45,514 nucleotides of DNA from Thermovirgaceae bacterium. Lineage in GTDB: Bacteria > Synergistota > Synergistia > Synergistales > Thermovirgaceae. The stretch's first letter is position 1, and the number at the start of each line of letters is the position of its first letter. Positions 37,190 to 45,514 of the stretch are shown one piece after another. Below the pieces are notes generated by a model. The model did not search any database. It saw nothing but the letters and a program-made list of their open reading frames with translations, and was not told the DNA's origin. The position numbers and the translations under genes were made by a program. The stretch is from assembly GCA_040767805.1 (NCBI GenBank), contig JAXGNU010000012.1:1-45514 (forward strand). Reading direction: 5' to 3'.

Positions 37190-37226
37190 AAAAAAAGGTC
37201 CCGCGGCGTCGACCGCAGGACCTTTT
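37190..37226 (-). terminator. Attenuator terminator upstream of aroF
   Basis: Minus strand AAAAGGTCCTGCGG TCGACG CCGCGGGACC TTTTTTT. Confidence 0.88.
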
Positions 37227-37262
37227 GTTGTCTGGCTTTGAAGAAGGGGAGACGGATTAATA

Positions 37263-37370
37263 TCAGGGGTCCTTGTCAGTCAGGCGCCAACATGCTGTAC
37301 CTACGTAATAGGTATAGCTGTAATAGGCGTAATACCTGACCGAGCGAGTGAAACGGAGGACCGATGACAT
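37263..37370 (-). CDS. Tyr-rich leader peptide (35 aa) of the aro/tyr operon
   Basis: MSSVLRFTRSVRYYAYYSYTYYVGTACWRLTDKDP*; GAGGTG SD; 7 Tyr in 10 codons. Confidence 0.88.
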   Translation of the reverse strand: MSSVLRFTRSVRYYAYYSYTYYVGTACWRLTDKDP

Positions 37371-37411
37371 CAGCCGCACCTCTTTTGGCCGCTCTTTTGA
37401 AAATTTGCGTC

Positions 37412-37441
37412 ACCATACCACGCCGGCCACACCCCTGTCAA
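37412..37441 (-). promoter_or_regulatory. Promoter of the aro leader
   Basis: Minus strand TTGACA (37441-37436), 18 bp spacer, TG-G-TATGGT (hexamer 37417-37412). Confidence 0.6.
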
Positions 37442-37520
37442 GTTCACTTTTATCTCCCCGCCAACGCGGGGTGTGTATGCAACGTAGCCCCTTGGGGGAT
37501 ATAATGAAACCACGGAGCGG

Positions 37521-38480
37521 GTGACGGAGCACGGCCCGCCCGCGGAGGTGGTTGGAACGATCACTATTTACGGGTGCGGGGCCCTGGGCGGGCGCCTCGC
37601 GGTGCAATTCCACGAGGCCGGGGTGCCCGTGCAGTGCCTGTCGCGGCCGGGGGCCCATCTCGAGAGCATCAAGGCCCGGGGGCTCCTTTTCAGAGACGGC
37701 GCCGGCGGGACGCGGAGGGTCCCCTTACGGGTTTTCGACGACCCTTCGGAGTGCCGCCCCGCCGAGTTGCTGGTTATACTGGTCAAATCGTGGCAGAACG
37801 CCGACGTGGCGGGGAACCTGCCGGGGCTTTTGAAGGCCGATGGTTTCGCGTTGACCCTCCAGAACGGCCTGGGGAACGTGGAGGCCCTGCGGGACCACGT
37901 ACCGGGGGGGAGGTTCCTCGCCGGTTCGATAACCTACGGTGCCTACAGGCCGGAGCCCGGGGCCGTCTTCAGCGGCGGCGACGGCCTCATCCGTTTCGCC
38001 CCCGTCACGCCCGGGACGGACGCCCGGAGGGCGCTCGGGCTCTTCAGAGAGGCGGGGTTCAACGTCGAACTCGACGAGGAGCCTTGGCGGACGATATGGG
38101 CCAAGGTGATCGTAAACGCCGGTATAAACCCCGTGGCGGCCCTGACCCGGTACTCCAACGCCCAGACCCTGGCCTCGCCCTTCGCCAGGAAGGTCGCGGA
38201 AACCCTCTGCCGGGAGGCGGTCTCCGTCGCCAACGCGTCGGGCCTGGCCTTTGACGCCGACGAGGAGTGGGCCGGCCTACTGGAGATACTCAGGCAGACG
38301 TCGGGCAACAAGCCGTCGATGCTCCAGGATATCGAGGCGGGGACCAGGACCGAGATAGAGGCCATCAGCGGCGAGATCATGAGGCGGGGCGTGGCGGCGG
38401 GCCTTGAAATGCCCTTCACGACCACCCTCTACAACCTCGTGAAGGCCCTGGAGGCCGGCGCCGCGGCCGGCGGCCGGTGA
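37521..38480 (+). CDS. panE: Ketopantoate reductase
   Basis: GCGALGG, VKS, LQNGLGN, WAKVIVNAGINP, SMLQD..TEI. Confidence 0.92.
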   Translation: MTEHGPPAEVVGTITIYGCGALGGRLAVQFHEAGVPVQCLSRPGAHLESIKARGLLFRDGAGGTRRVPLRVFDDPSECRPAELLVILVKSWQNADVAGNLPGLLKADGFALTLQNGLGNVEALRDHVPGGRFLAGSITYGAYRPEPGAVFSGGDGLIRFAPVTPGTDARRALGLFREAGFNVELDEEPWRTIWAKVIVNAGINPVAALTRYSNAQTLASPFARKVAETLCREAVSVANASGLAFDADEEWAGLLEILRQTSGNKPSMLQDIEAGTRTEIEAISGEIMRRGVAAGLEMPFTTTLYNLVKALEAGAAAGGR

Positions 38481-38518
38481 CGGCGGCCCGCAGTCGGGCT
38501 TGAGAAGGAAGGATAGTT

Positions 38519-39460
38519 ATGGCGGCATCGACCATCACGAAAAGGGACGCCTCCGCGGGGCTCAAGGCCGCCCTCGGGGCCTACGGGGTCTGGGGCCTGC
38601 TCCCGATCTACTGGAAGCTTTTGGTCAACGTGCCGGCGCTGGCCATCCTGGCCCACAGGATCATCTGGTCGCTGGTCTTCGTGGCGGCGATCATGGTCCT
38701 CCAGGGCAACCGAAAGGAACTGGCGGCGGGCTTCCGGAACGCCCGCGTCGCGACCCTGCTCTTTTGCAGCAGCCTTTTCATCGCCGGCGACTGGCTGCTC
38801 TTCATATGGGCCGTCAACACCGACCAGGTGCTGGCGACGAGCCTGGGTTACTACATCAACCCCCTGGTCACGATCTTCTTCGGTTTCGTCTTCTTCCGCG
38901 AGAGGGTGGGCAGGCTCCAGTGGCTCGCCATCGCCATCGCCGCCGGGGGGGTGCTGTACCAGGTCGTCCTTCACGGGAACGTCCCCTGGGTGGCCCTGGG
39001 GCTGGCGCTGACCTTCGCCTTCTACGGACTGATCAGGAAGAAGGTGGTCATCGATTCCCTGCCGGGGCTTTTCGCCGAGACGGTCTACCTTTCACTGCCG
39101 GCGCTGCTCTTCCTGGTCCTCGGCGATGCCCGCCACACGGGCACCTTCATGGCCGGCGACTTGAGGATGGACCTTCTCCTGGTCTCGACGGGCGTGGTGA
39201 CATCGCTGCCGCTGCTCTGGTTCGCCTACGGCGCGCGGAGGCTGAAGCTGATAACCGTGGGCTTCCTTCAGTACATCGCCCCGACGCTTCAATTCTTCCT
39301 CGGGGTCTGGGTGTTCCATGAACCGATGGACCTCCCCACGCTGGTAACCTTCGTCTGCATCTGGATCGCCCTGGGGCTCTATTCCTGGGGGAACCTGGCG
39401 GTCTGGAAGAGGGAGCAGGCTCTGCTTGAGCCCCCGGCCGGCCCCGGCGGCGGGGCATAG
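38519..39460 (+). CDS. rarD: EamA-family transporter RarD
   Basis: WGLLPIYWK, ILAHRIIWS, SLGYYINPL, GFLQYIAPTLQF. Confidence 0.92.
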   Translation: MAASTITKRDASAGLKAALGAYGVWGLLPIYWKLLVNVPALAILAHRIIWSLVFVAAIMVLQGNRKELAAGFRNARVATLLFCSSLFIAGDWLLFIWAVNTDQVLATSLGYYINPLVTIFFGFVFFRERVGRLQWLAIAIAAGGVLYQVVLHGNVPWVALGLALTFAFYGLIRKKVVIDSLPGLFAETVYLSLPALLFLVLGDARHTGTFMAGDLRMDLLLVSTGVVTSLPLLWFAYGARRLKLITVGFLQYIAPTLQFFLGVWVFHEPMDLPTLVTFVCIWIALGLYSWGNLAVWKREQALLEPPAGPGGGA

Positions 39461-39509
39461 GGGGGCGCTCGTTCTTTTTGAAAAATACTTCATGGCGGGA
39501 GGGTTTTAA

Positions 39510-40691
39510 ATGGATCTGACGGAGAAGTCGAGAAGGGTGCCCGAGAAGATCCTCCTCGGGCCCGGTCCCACGCCCGTGGAGGGGAGGATCCTCAGGGCCA
39601 TGGCCGAGCCGACCCTCGGCCACCTGGACAGGGATTTCGTCGCCATCATGGACGAGACCAGGGACCTCCTCAGGATGGTCTTCCAAACGGGCAACGACCT
39701 GACAGTGGCCATGCCCGGCACCGGCAGCGCCGGCATGGAGACGGCCTGCGTGAACATGATCGAGAGGGGCGACAAGGCCATAATCTGCTCCCACGGCGTC
39801 TTCGGCTCCCGGATGCAGGACGTGGCCGGCCGGTGCGGCGCCGAAGTGGTCGAGGTCAACGCGCCGATGGGCAGGCCCCTGGACCCCGGCGATGTCGAGA
39901 AGGCCGTCAGGGCCAACCCCGACGCGAAGTTCCTGGGGATAGTCCACGCCGAGACCTCCACCGGGGTGCTCCAGCCCCTCGATGAGATCGCCCCCATGGC
40001 CCACGGTGCGGGCATGTTCATGATCGTCGACGCCGTGACGTCCCTCGGCGGCATGGAGGTCCCCGTGGACCGGCTCGGCCTTGACATGGTCTACAGCGGG
40101 AGCCAGAAGTGCCTCGGCTGCCCCCCGGGGCTGGCGCCGGTGACGGTGGGGCCCAGGGCGGTGGAGCGCATCAGGGGGAGAAAGACCAAGGTCCAGAGCT
40201 GGTACCTGGACCTGACGATGATCATGCGCTACTGGGGGCAGGAGAGGTTCTACCACCACACCGCCCCGGTCAACATGATTTACGGGCTCAACGAAGGCCT
40301 GAGGGTCATCGCCGAGGAGGGGCTCGAGGCCCGGTTCGCCCGCCACGGGAAGAACGCGGAGGCCCTCTGGGCGGGGCTGGAGGCCCTGGGCCTGGAACTG
40401 CTGGTGGAGCCCGCCTACAGGCTGCCGAGCCTGACGTCGGTGAGGATGCCCAGCGGGGTGGACGAGGCCGTCGTCAGGAGGAGGCTCATGGAGGAGTACT
40501 CCATCGAGGTGGGTTCCGGCCTGGGCGACCTCAAGGGGAAGATCATAAGGATAGGCCTCATGGGCAGCGGCTCCACCAGGAAGAACGTGGTCCTCCTGCT
40601 GTCGGCCCTGGGGGCCGTCCTTTCAAGGGAAGGCTTTGCCAACGACGTCGGGTCGGCCCTAAAAGAGGCCCTGGCGGTCATCGACGGTTAG
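39510..40691 (+). CDS. Alanine-glyoxylate / serine-pyruvate aminotransferase (class V PLP)
   Basis: LLGPGP, GTGSAGME, VHAETSTG, DAVTS, GSQKCLGCPPG, YHHT. Confidence 0.93.
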   Translation: MDLTEKSRRVPEKILLGPGPTPVEGRILRAMAEPTLGHLDRDFVAIMDETRDLLRMVFQTGNDLTVAMPGTGSAGMETACVNMIERGDKAIICSHGVFGSRMQDVAGRCGAEVVEVNAPMGRPLDPGDVEKAVRANPDAKFLGIVHAETSTGVLQPLDEIAPMAHGAGMFMIVDAVTSLGGMEVPVDRLGLDMVYSGSQKCLGCPPGLAPVTVGPRAVERIRGRKTKVQSWYLDLTMIMRYWGQERFYHHTAPVNMIYGLNEGLRVIAEEGLEARFARHGKNAEALWAGLEALGLELLVEPAYRLPSLTSVRMPSGVDEAVVRRRLMEEYSIEVGSGLGDLKGKIIRIGLMGSGSTRKNVVLLLSALGAVLSREGFANDVGSALKEALAVIDG

Positions 40692-40708
40692 ACGAAGGGG
40701 GAACGGTG

Positions 40709-41677
40709 ATGGAGGGCAAGGACAAAACCGTCAGGGTCGCCGTGGTGCAGGCGGCCCCGGTGATCATGGACAGGCAGGGGACGCTGGAAAAGGCCTTGGG
40801 CCTCATGGAGGCCTGCGGCAGGGAGCACGCCAAGATCGTCGTCTTCCCGGAGGCCTTCATCCCGGCCTACCCCAGGGGGCTCACCTTCGGGGCCGTGGTG
40901 GGCAGCCGCTCGCCCGAGGGGAGGAAGGACTTCCGGCGGTACTTCGAGAACAGCGTGGAGGTGCCCTCGGAGACCACCCTGGCCCTGGGCGAGGCCGCGA
41001 AAAAGTACGGGGCTTACCTGGCGATGGGCGTCATCGAGCGCGAGGGGGGGACCCTCTACTGCACCATCCTCTACTTCGGGCCCGACGGGAGGCTCCTCGG
41101 CAAGCACCGCAAGTTGAAACCCACGGCGTCGGAGCGCCTCATCTGGGGCGAGGGCGACGGCAGCACCCTCACCGTCCTCGACACCCCCTACGGCAAGATG
41201 GGCGGGCTCATCTGCTGGGAGAACTACATGCCCCTCGCCAGGGCGGCCATCTACGGCAAGGGGACGACCCTTTACCTCGCCCCGACGGCCGATTCAAGGG
41301 AGGAGTGGCAGGCCTCGATGAGGCACATAGCCCTGGAGGGCCGGTGCTTCGTCCTCTCGGTGAACCAGTACGTCCACAAGTCGATGTACCCCGAGGACCT
41401 GGCATGCTACGCCGAACTGGAGGGGCAGCCGGACAACATGTGCCCCGGCGGGAGCGCCATAATAGGCCCCCTCGGCCAGTACCTCGCCGGGCCCGTCCGT
41501 GACCGCGAGGAGATACTCTTCGCCGACCTCGACCTGGGCCTCATCGCCGAGAGCCGTTACGACTTCGACGTGGTGGGCCACTACGCCCGCCCCGATGTCC
41601 TGAGGCTCATCGTAAACGAGAAGCCCTCGCTGAGCGTATCCTACGTGGAGGGAGACCCGGGGTGCGGGAAGGATTGA
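40709..41677 (+). CDS. Nitrilase (carbon-nitrogen hydrolase)
   Basis: FPEAFIPAYP, HRKLKPT, ICWENYMP; ATG at 40709. Confidence 0.93.
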   Translation: MEGKDKTVRVAVVQAAPVIMDRQGTLEKALGLMEACGREHAKIVVFPEAFIPAYPRGLTFGAVVGSRSPEGRKDFRRYFENSVEVPSETTLALGEAAKKYGAYLAMGVIEREGGTLYCTILYFGPDGRLLGKHRKLKPTASERLIWGEGDGSTLTVLDTPYGKMGGLICWENYMPLARAAIYGKGTTLYLAPTADSREEWQASMRHIALEGRCFVLSVNQYVHKSMYPEDLACYAELEGQPDNMCPGGSAIIGPLGQYLAGPVRDREEILFADLDLGLIAESRYDFDVVGHYARPDVLRLIVNEKPSLSVSYVEGDPGCGKD

Positions 41678-42564
41678 CGGGCCCGGGCAGGCCTTCGCCA
41701 AGGATCTGGGTCCCGGCCGTAGCCGCGGCGGTCCTGCTCGCCTCGGCCGCGGCGGCCCACCCTTCGGTGGACCCGACCATACTGGCCCCAAAGGAGACGA
41801 CCCTGGGCAGCCCCTTCCTGGTCTACATCTCCTCGGCGGAACCCCTCGAGGAGGTCCGCCTCACCTGGGAGGGCAAGGAACTGGACCTCGAGATGGAGGT
41901 TGTCGGGGAGGGCTGCGAAGCCATGGCGCTGCTGGGGACCGACGTGGGCGGTTCGAAACCGGGGGTGAGGACCCTGGGCATAGGTTACTCCCGGGGAGGC
42001 GAAAGGGCCTCGATCACGAGGCAGGTCAGGGTGGCCGACGTGGAGTATCCCTCGGAGAAACTGACCTTGCCCGAGACGATGATCACGCCCCCGGAGGAAG
42101 TCCTGGAGCGGATAGGTCGGGAACGGAAGGAGTCCGCCCGGGCCCTTTCCACGGTGACGCCGGCAAGGCTGTGGGCCATACCCATGGTCCGGCCCGTCGG
42201 GGGCGTCATTACCAGCCCCTACGGTTTCAGGAGGATCCTGAACGGCCAGCCCCGCGCCCCCCACAGGGGCGTGGACTACCGCGCCGCCGAGGGCACCCCC
42301 GTCAAGGCGGCCGCCGACGGCACGGTGGTCCTTTCGGCGGACCACTACTTCGCCGGGCGGTGCGTCTACCTGGACCACGGCGGGGGTGTAATATCGATCT
42401 ACCTTCACCTCTCGAAACGGCTGGTGGAGGAGGGCGACGTCGTTTCAGCGGGGGATGTGATCGGACTCAGCGGCAGGAGCGGCAGGGTCACGGGACCCCA
42501 CCTTCACTTCGGCCTCTGCCTGCAGGGCATGATGGTGAACCCGGAGCCCCTCCTGGGGAGGTAG
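41662..42564 (+). CDS. M23 family metallopeptidase
   Basis: HRGVD, YLHL, GRVTGPHLHF; signal-like N-terminus; start uncertain. Confidence 0.9.
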   Translation: MREGLTGPGRPSPRIWVPAVAAAVLLASAAAAHPSVDPTILAPKETTLGSPFLVYISSAEPLEEVRLTWEGKELDLEMEVVGEGCEAMALLGTDVGGSKPGVRTLGIGYSRGGERASITRQVRVADVEYPSEKLTLPETMITPPEEVLERIGRERKESARALSTVTPARLWAIPMVRPVGGVITSPYGFRRILNGQPRAPHRGVDYRAAEGTPVKAAADGTVVLSADHYFAGRCVYLDHGGGVISIYLHLSKRLVEEGDVVSAGDVIGLSGRSGRVTGPHLHFGLCLQGMMVNPEPLLGR

Positions 42565-42579
42565 GGGCTGCCTTCGGCC

Positions 42580-44532
42580 TCACCGCGCCTCCCGGGCCGC
42601 CGCTTCCAGGGAACCCATGAGCTCCTCCCACCGCTCCAGCATCGGGAGGAGCTTTTTCTGCAGGTCCGCCCGTTCCAGCAGCAGGCCCTTGACCCTTTCC
42701 GGGTCGGCCAGTGTCGCAGGTTCGGAGAGGGTCCGGTCTATATCGGCGACCCTCTTCTCGGCCTTTTCTATCCCCGCTTCGAGGGGTCCCAGGTCCTCGA
42801 GGTACTTCTTCCTGGCCCGGTAAAGCCTGTTCCTCCGCTCGGCCTCGAGCCTCTTTCTCTCACGGGGGTCGGGATCAAGAGGGCCTTCCGGGGTCGGGCC
42901 ACCCGGGGGCGGTAGGTCGCCCCGGGCTTCTTTTTCAGCCCTCTTTTCTATGAAGTAGGAGTAGTTGCCCAGGTAGTCGCGGGTCTTCCCCTCCCTGATC
43001 TCGATCACCCTGGTCACCAGGTCGTCCAGGAAGTCCCTGTCGTGGGAGACGATCACGATGGTGCCGCCATAGCCGAGGAGGGCCTCCTGGAAGAGGTCCC
43101 TCGTGGCCATGTCCAGGTGGTTGGTGGGCTCGTCCAGGATCAGCAGGTTCGTCTCCCTGAGCAGGATCTTCAGCAGGGCCAGCCTGGACTTCTCGCCCCC
43201 CGAAAGGGCGCGCACCGGTTTTTCAATGTCGCCGCCGGAAAAGAGGAAGCAGCCGAGGAGGTTCCTGCGCTGGGGCTCCGTGCAGGGGGAGGGGGCGTTC
43301 CTTATCTCCTCCCAGACGGACCGGCCGTAGTCGAGGTTTTCGGCACTCTCCTGGGAGAAGAAGGCGCTCTTGACGTTGTGCCCCAGGGTGACGCAGCCCC
43401 GGGTGGGCTTTTCCCGCCCGCTGAGCAGCCTCGTCAGGGTGGATTTCCCGGCGCCGTTCACCCCCACCAGGGCCACCCGCTCGCCCCGCCGGATGGTGAG
43501 GTCCACGCCTGAAAGGACGGTTTTTTCGCCGTAGGAGTGCCCCACGCCGACGGTCCTTATCACCTCGAGGCCGCTCCTGGGCGACGGCGGGAACCTCATG
43601 GAAACCCTCCGTGAGGGATCTACCGGGTCTATCCTTTCGACCTTCGCCAGCGAACGGATCCTGCTCTGGACCTGGGCGGCCTTCGACGCCTTGTAGCGGA
43701 AGCGCTCGATGAAGGCGGCCGTCCTGGCGATCTCCTTTTGCTGCTCCCGGGCGGCCTTTTCGGCCGCCTCCAGTTCCAGGGACCGCTTCTGGATGTACTG
43801 GGAAAAGTTGCCCGGGTAGGACCGCGCCCCGGCGCCGGAGACTTCCACGGTGGAGGTGGTGAGCTTGTCCAGGAACCGCCGGTCGTGGGAAACGGCCATC
43901 AGGGTGCCCCGGTAGGAGGCCAGGTACCCTTCCAGCCACTCCATGCTCTCCGTGTCGAGGTGGTTGGTGGGTTCGTCCAGGAGGAGGACATCGGGCCGGG
44001 AGAGCAGGATCGACGCCAGGGAAATCCGCATCTTCCATCCCCCCGAGAATTCACCCGCCTCGCGGCCCAGGTCCTCCCGGCGGAAGCCCAGGCCCTTCAG
44101 GACCTTGGCCGCCATGGCCTCGAAGCCGTAGCCGTCCAGGGCTTCGTAGGCGTGGACCAGCCTCTCGTGCCTTGCCAGGAGGGGCGCCCTCTCCCCGGGG
44201 CGGGCCCCCGGTTCGGAGAGCCTGTGGCGCACCTCGGAGAGCTCCCTCTCGATGCTGGTTATGCCGGCCTTGTCCTTGAGGAGTTGCAGCAGGGCGCCGC
44301 CGCCGACCTCGACGAGGTCCTGGGGGAGGTATCCCAGGCGCCACCGGGACGGGAGGGAGACCTCCCCCTCGTCGGGGGAGACCTCCCCGGCGATCAGGCG
44401 GAAAAGGGTGGTCTTGCCGGCCCCGTTGTCGCCGACGACCCCCACCCGGGCTCCCGGGGGGATTGCCAGGGTCATCCTGTCGAAGACCCTCCGCCCCCCG
44501 AGGGTGAGGGTGACACGGGAGCAGCGTATCAC
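42580..44532 (-). CDS. ABC-F family ATP-binding protein
   Basis: Two ABC domains (GDNGAGKT/FSGGW; GVNGAGKS/LSGGE), DEPTNHLD twice, C-terminal coiled coil. Confidence 0.95.
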   Translation of the reverse strand: MIRCSRVTLTLGGRRVFDRMTLAIPPGARVGVVGDNGAGKTTLFRLIAGEVSPDEGEVSLPSRWRLGYLPQDLVEVGGGALLQLLKDKAGITSIERELSEVRHRLSEPGARPGERAPLLARHERLVHAYEALDGYGFEAMAAKVLKGLGFRREDLGREAGEFSGGWKMRISLASILLSRPDVLLLDEPTNHLDTESMEWLEGYLASYRGTLMAVSHDRRFLDKLTTSTVEVSGAGARSYPGNFSQYIQKRSLELEAAEKAAREQQKEIARTAAFIERFRYKASKAAQVQSRIRSLAKVERIDPVDPSRRVSMRFPPSPRSGLEVIRTVGVGHSYGEKTVLSGVDLTIRRGERVALVGVNGAGKSTLTRLLSGREKPTRGCVTLGHNVKSAFFSQESAENLDYGRSVWEEIRNAPSPCTEPQRRNLLGCFLFSGGDIEKPVRALSGGEKSRLALLKILLRETNLLILDEPTNHLDMATRDLFQEALLGYGGTIVIVSHDRDFLDDLVTRVIEIREGKTRDYLGNYSYFIEKRAEKEARGDLPPPGGPTPEGPLDPDPRERKRLEAERRNRLYRARKKYLEDLGPLEAGIEKAEKRVADIDRTLSEPATLADPERVKGLLLERADLQKKLLPMLERWEELMGSLEAAAREAR

Positions 44533-44536
44533 GGTG

Positions 44537-45010
44537 TCACCGGGGCATTTCCTCGAAGGGGTCGAAACCGGGCCGGTAAATCAGCACCGAGCAATGGGCG
44601 TACCGGGCGACGTTAGTGGTGGTGCTCCCCACCATCAACTGCGGTATGCCGCTGACGCTCTTGAAGCCTATGACGATCAGGTTGAAGTCGAGTTTCTTCG
44701 CCGTCTCGATGATGACCTCGGCGGAATTGCCCTGGGCGACCAGGATCTCGTGCTCATCCTTCGGCAGGTCGGGGTGCTTGTCCTCGGCCAGCTTGATGAG
44801 GTAGCGGATCTTCTTGCGGGCGCTCTCCTCCGCCTCCTTGGACCAGTCGGGGTTGACCCAGGTACCGTACCCCTTCCAGATGAGCGAGCTGGGAAGGACG
44901 TTGATGAAGGTCACTTCCGCGCCCAGGCGGTGGGCCAGGGTATGCCCGTATTCAATGAGGTGATCGGCCATCCTGGTCATGTCAACGCAGACAAGGATCT
45001 TCTTCAGCAT
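44537..45010 (-). CDS. Universal stress protein
   Basis: KKILVCVD, LIVIG, MVGSTTTNVARYAHCSVL. Confidence 0.92.
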   Translation of the reverse strand: MLKKILVCVDMTRMADHLIEYGHTLAHRLGAEVTFINVLPSSLIWKGYGTWVNPDWSKEAEESARKKIRYLIKLAEDKHPDLPKDEHEILVAQGNSAEVIIETAKKLDFNLIVIGFKSVSGIPQLMVGSTTTNVARYAHCSVLIYRPGFDPFEEMPR

Positions 45011-45115
45011 GATGACCCCTCCTTTCTTTGGTCTTGTACAAGGATTATACGATAAGGATACCTTATACTGGTCACCACAGGTGTTGCAGCACCTGTACCG
45101 GAAGGAGGGTCCCCC

Positions 45116-45514
45116 GTGGGTCCGTCAAGCCTGTTCAACCACGTCCTCGGTCCCGTCATGCACGGCCCGTCGAGCTCCCACACGGCGGCGTCGTTCCATA
45201 TCGGCAGGATCGCCCGGTCCGCCCTGGGAGAGAGCCCCGTCGAGGCGGACATCGCCTTCGATCCTGCCGGAGCCTACGCGGAGGTGTACCGGCAGCAGGG
45301 GAGCGACAGGGCCTTCGCCATGGGCATCATGGGCCGGGGTATAACCGACCCCGTTTACAAGAATGCCCTTGAGGCCGTCCGAGGAGAGGGAGTCGACCTC
45401 ACCTTCACAATCAAATCCTTGTAGGACAAGGATCACCCCAACGCCGTGGAGGTGTTCCTCCAGGGCGCGTCGGGCAGGAAGGTCATCCTGGGCGCCCGGT
45501 CCGTGGGAGGCGGC
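45116..45514 (+). CDS. L-serine dehydratase (beta-type N-terminal region), partial, with in-frame TAG at 45422-45424
   Basis: GPVMHGPSSSHTA, SDRAF; after TAG the frame continues DKDHPNAV..ARSVGGG. Confidence 0.85.

Noticed and set aside
37160..37440. T-box riboswitch upstream of aroF
   Set aside because: No T-box consensus recognisable; leader-peptide model explains the Tyr codons and helices
20905..45436. Many long overlapping alternative-frame ORFs
   Set aside because: Expected in high-GC DNA; Arg/Pro/Gly-rich without motifs and overlapping well-supported genes

Overview
Bacterial window with a lower-GC defence island (1 to ~20.2 kb) abutting the 3' end of a six-tRNA operon (Val-Asp-Phe-Gly-Cys-Asn), followed by mostly high-GC core genes. 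The island contains (i) a minus-strand restriction-like/BREX-related operon: decayed HTH regulator, SNF2 helicase-DUF3883 nuclease, DUF4062-ATPase-HTH, RmuC, frameshifted KTSC, frameshifted OLD nuclease, DUF1156 adenine methylase and DUF499 ATPase; and (ii) two tandem integrase-less integron platforms. Each platform is an intI 3' remnant plus a downstream attI-like site (330 bp, about 91% identical by manual count) heading its own attC cassette array; cassettes include a DUF262 stub, a NucS-like/DUF4268 nuclease and a GIY-YIG plus DUF6884 pair. Right of the tRNAs are an MFS pump, a second patch of decayed defence genes (hsdM and rhuM stubs, AbrB/RelE TA, AbiEi with truncated AbiEii), a Ni/Co ECF transporter with a NikR-like operator, and a complete aro/tyr operon preceded by an unannotated Tyr-rich leader peptide with full attenuator architecture. 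The rest is housekeeping genes ending in a serine dehydratase interrupted by an in-frame TAG. All family assignments are from motif recognition by eye; no searches were run.
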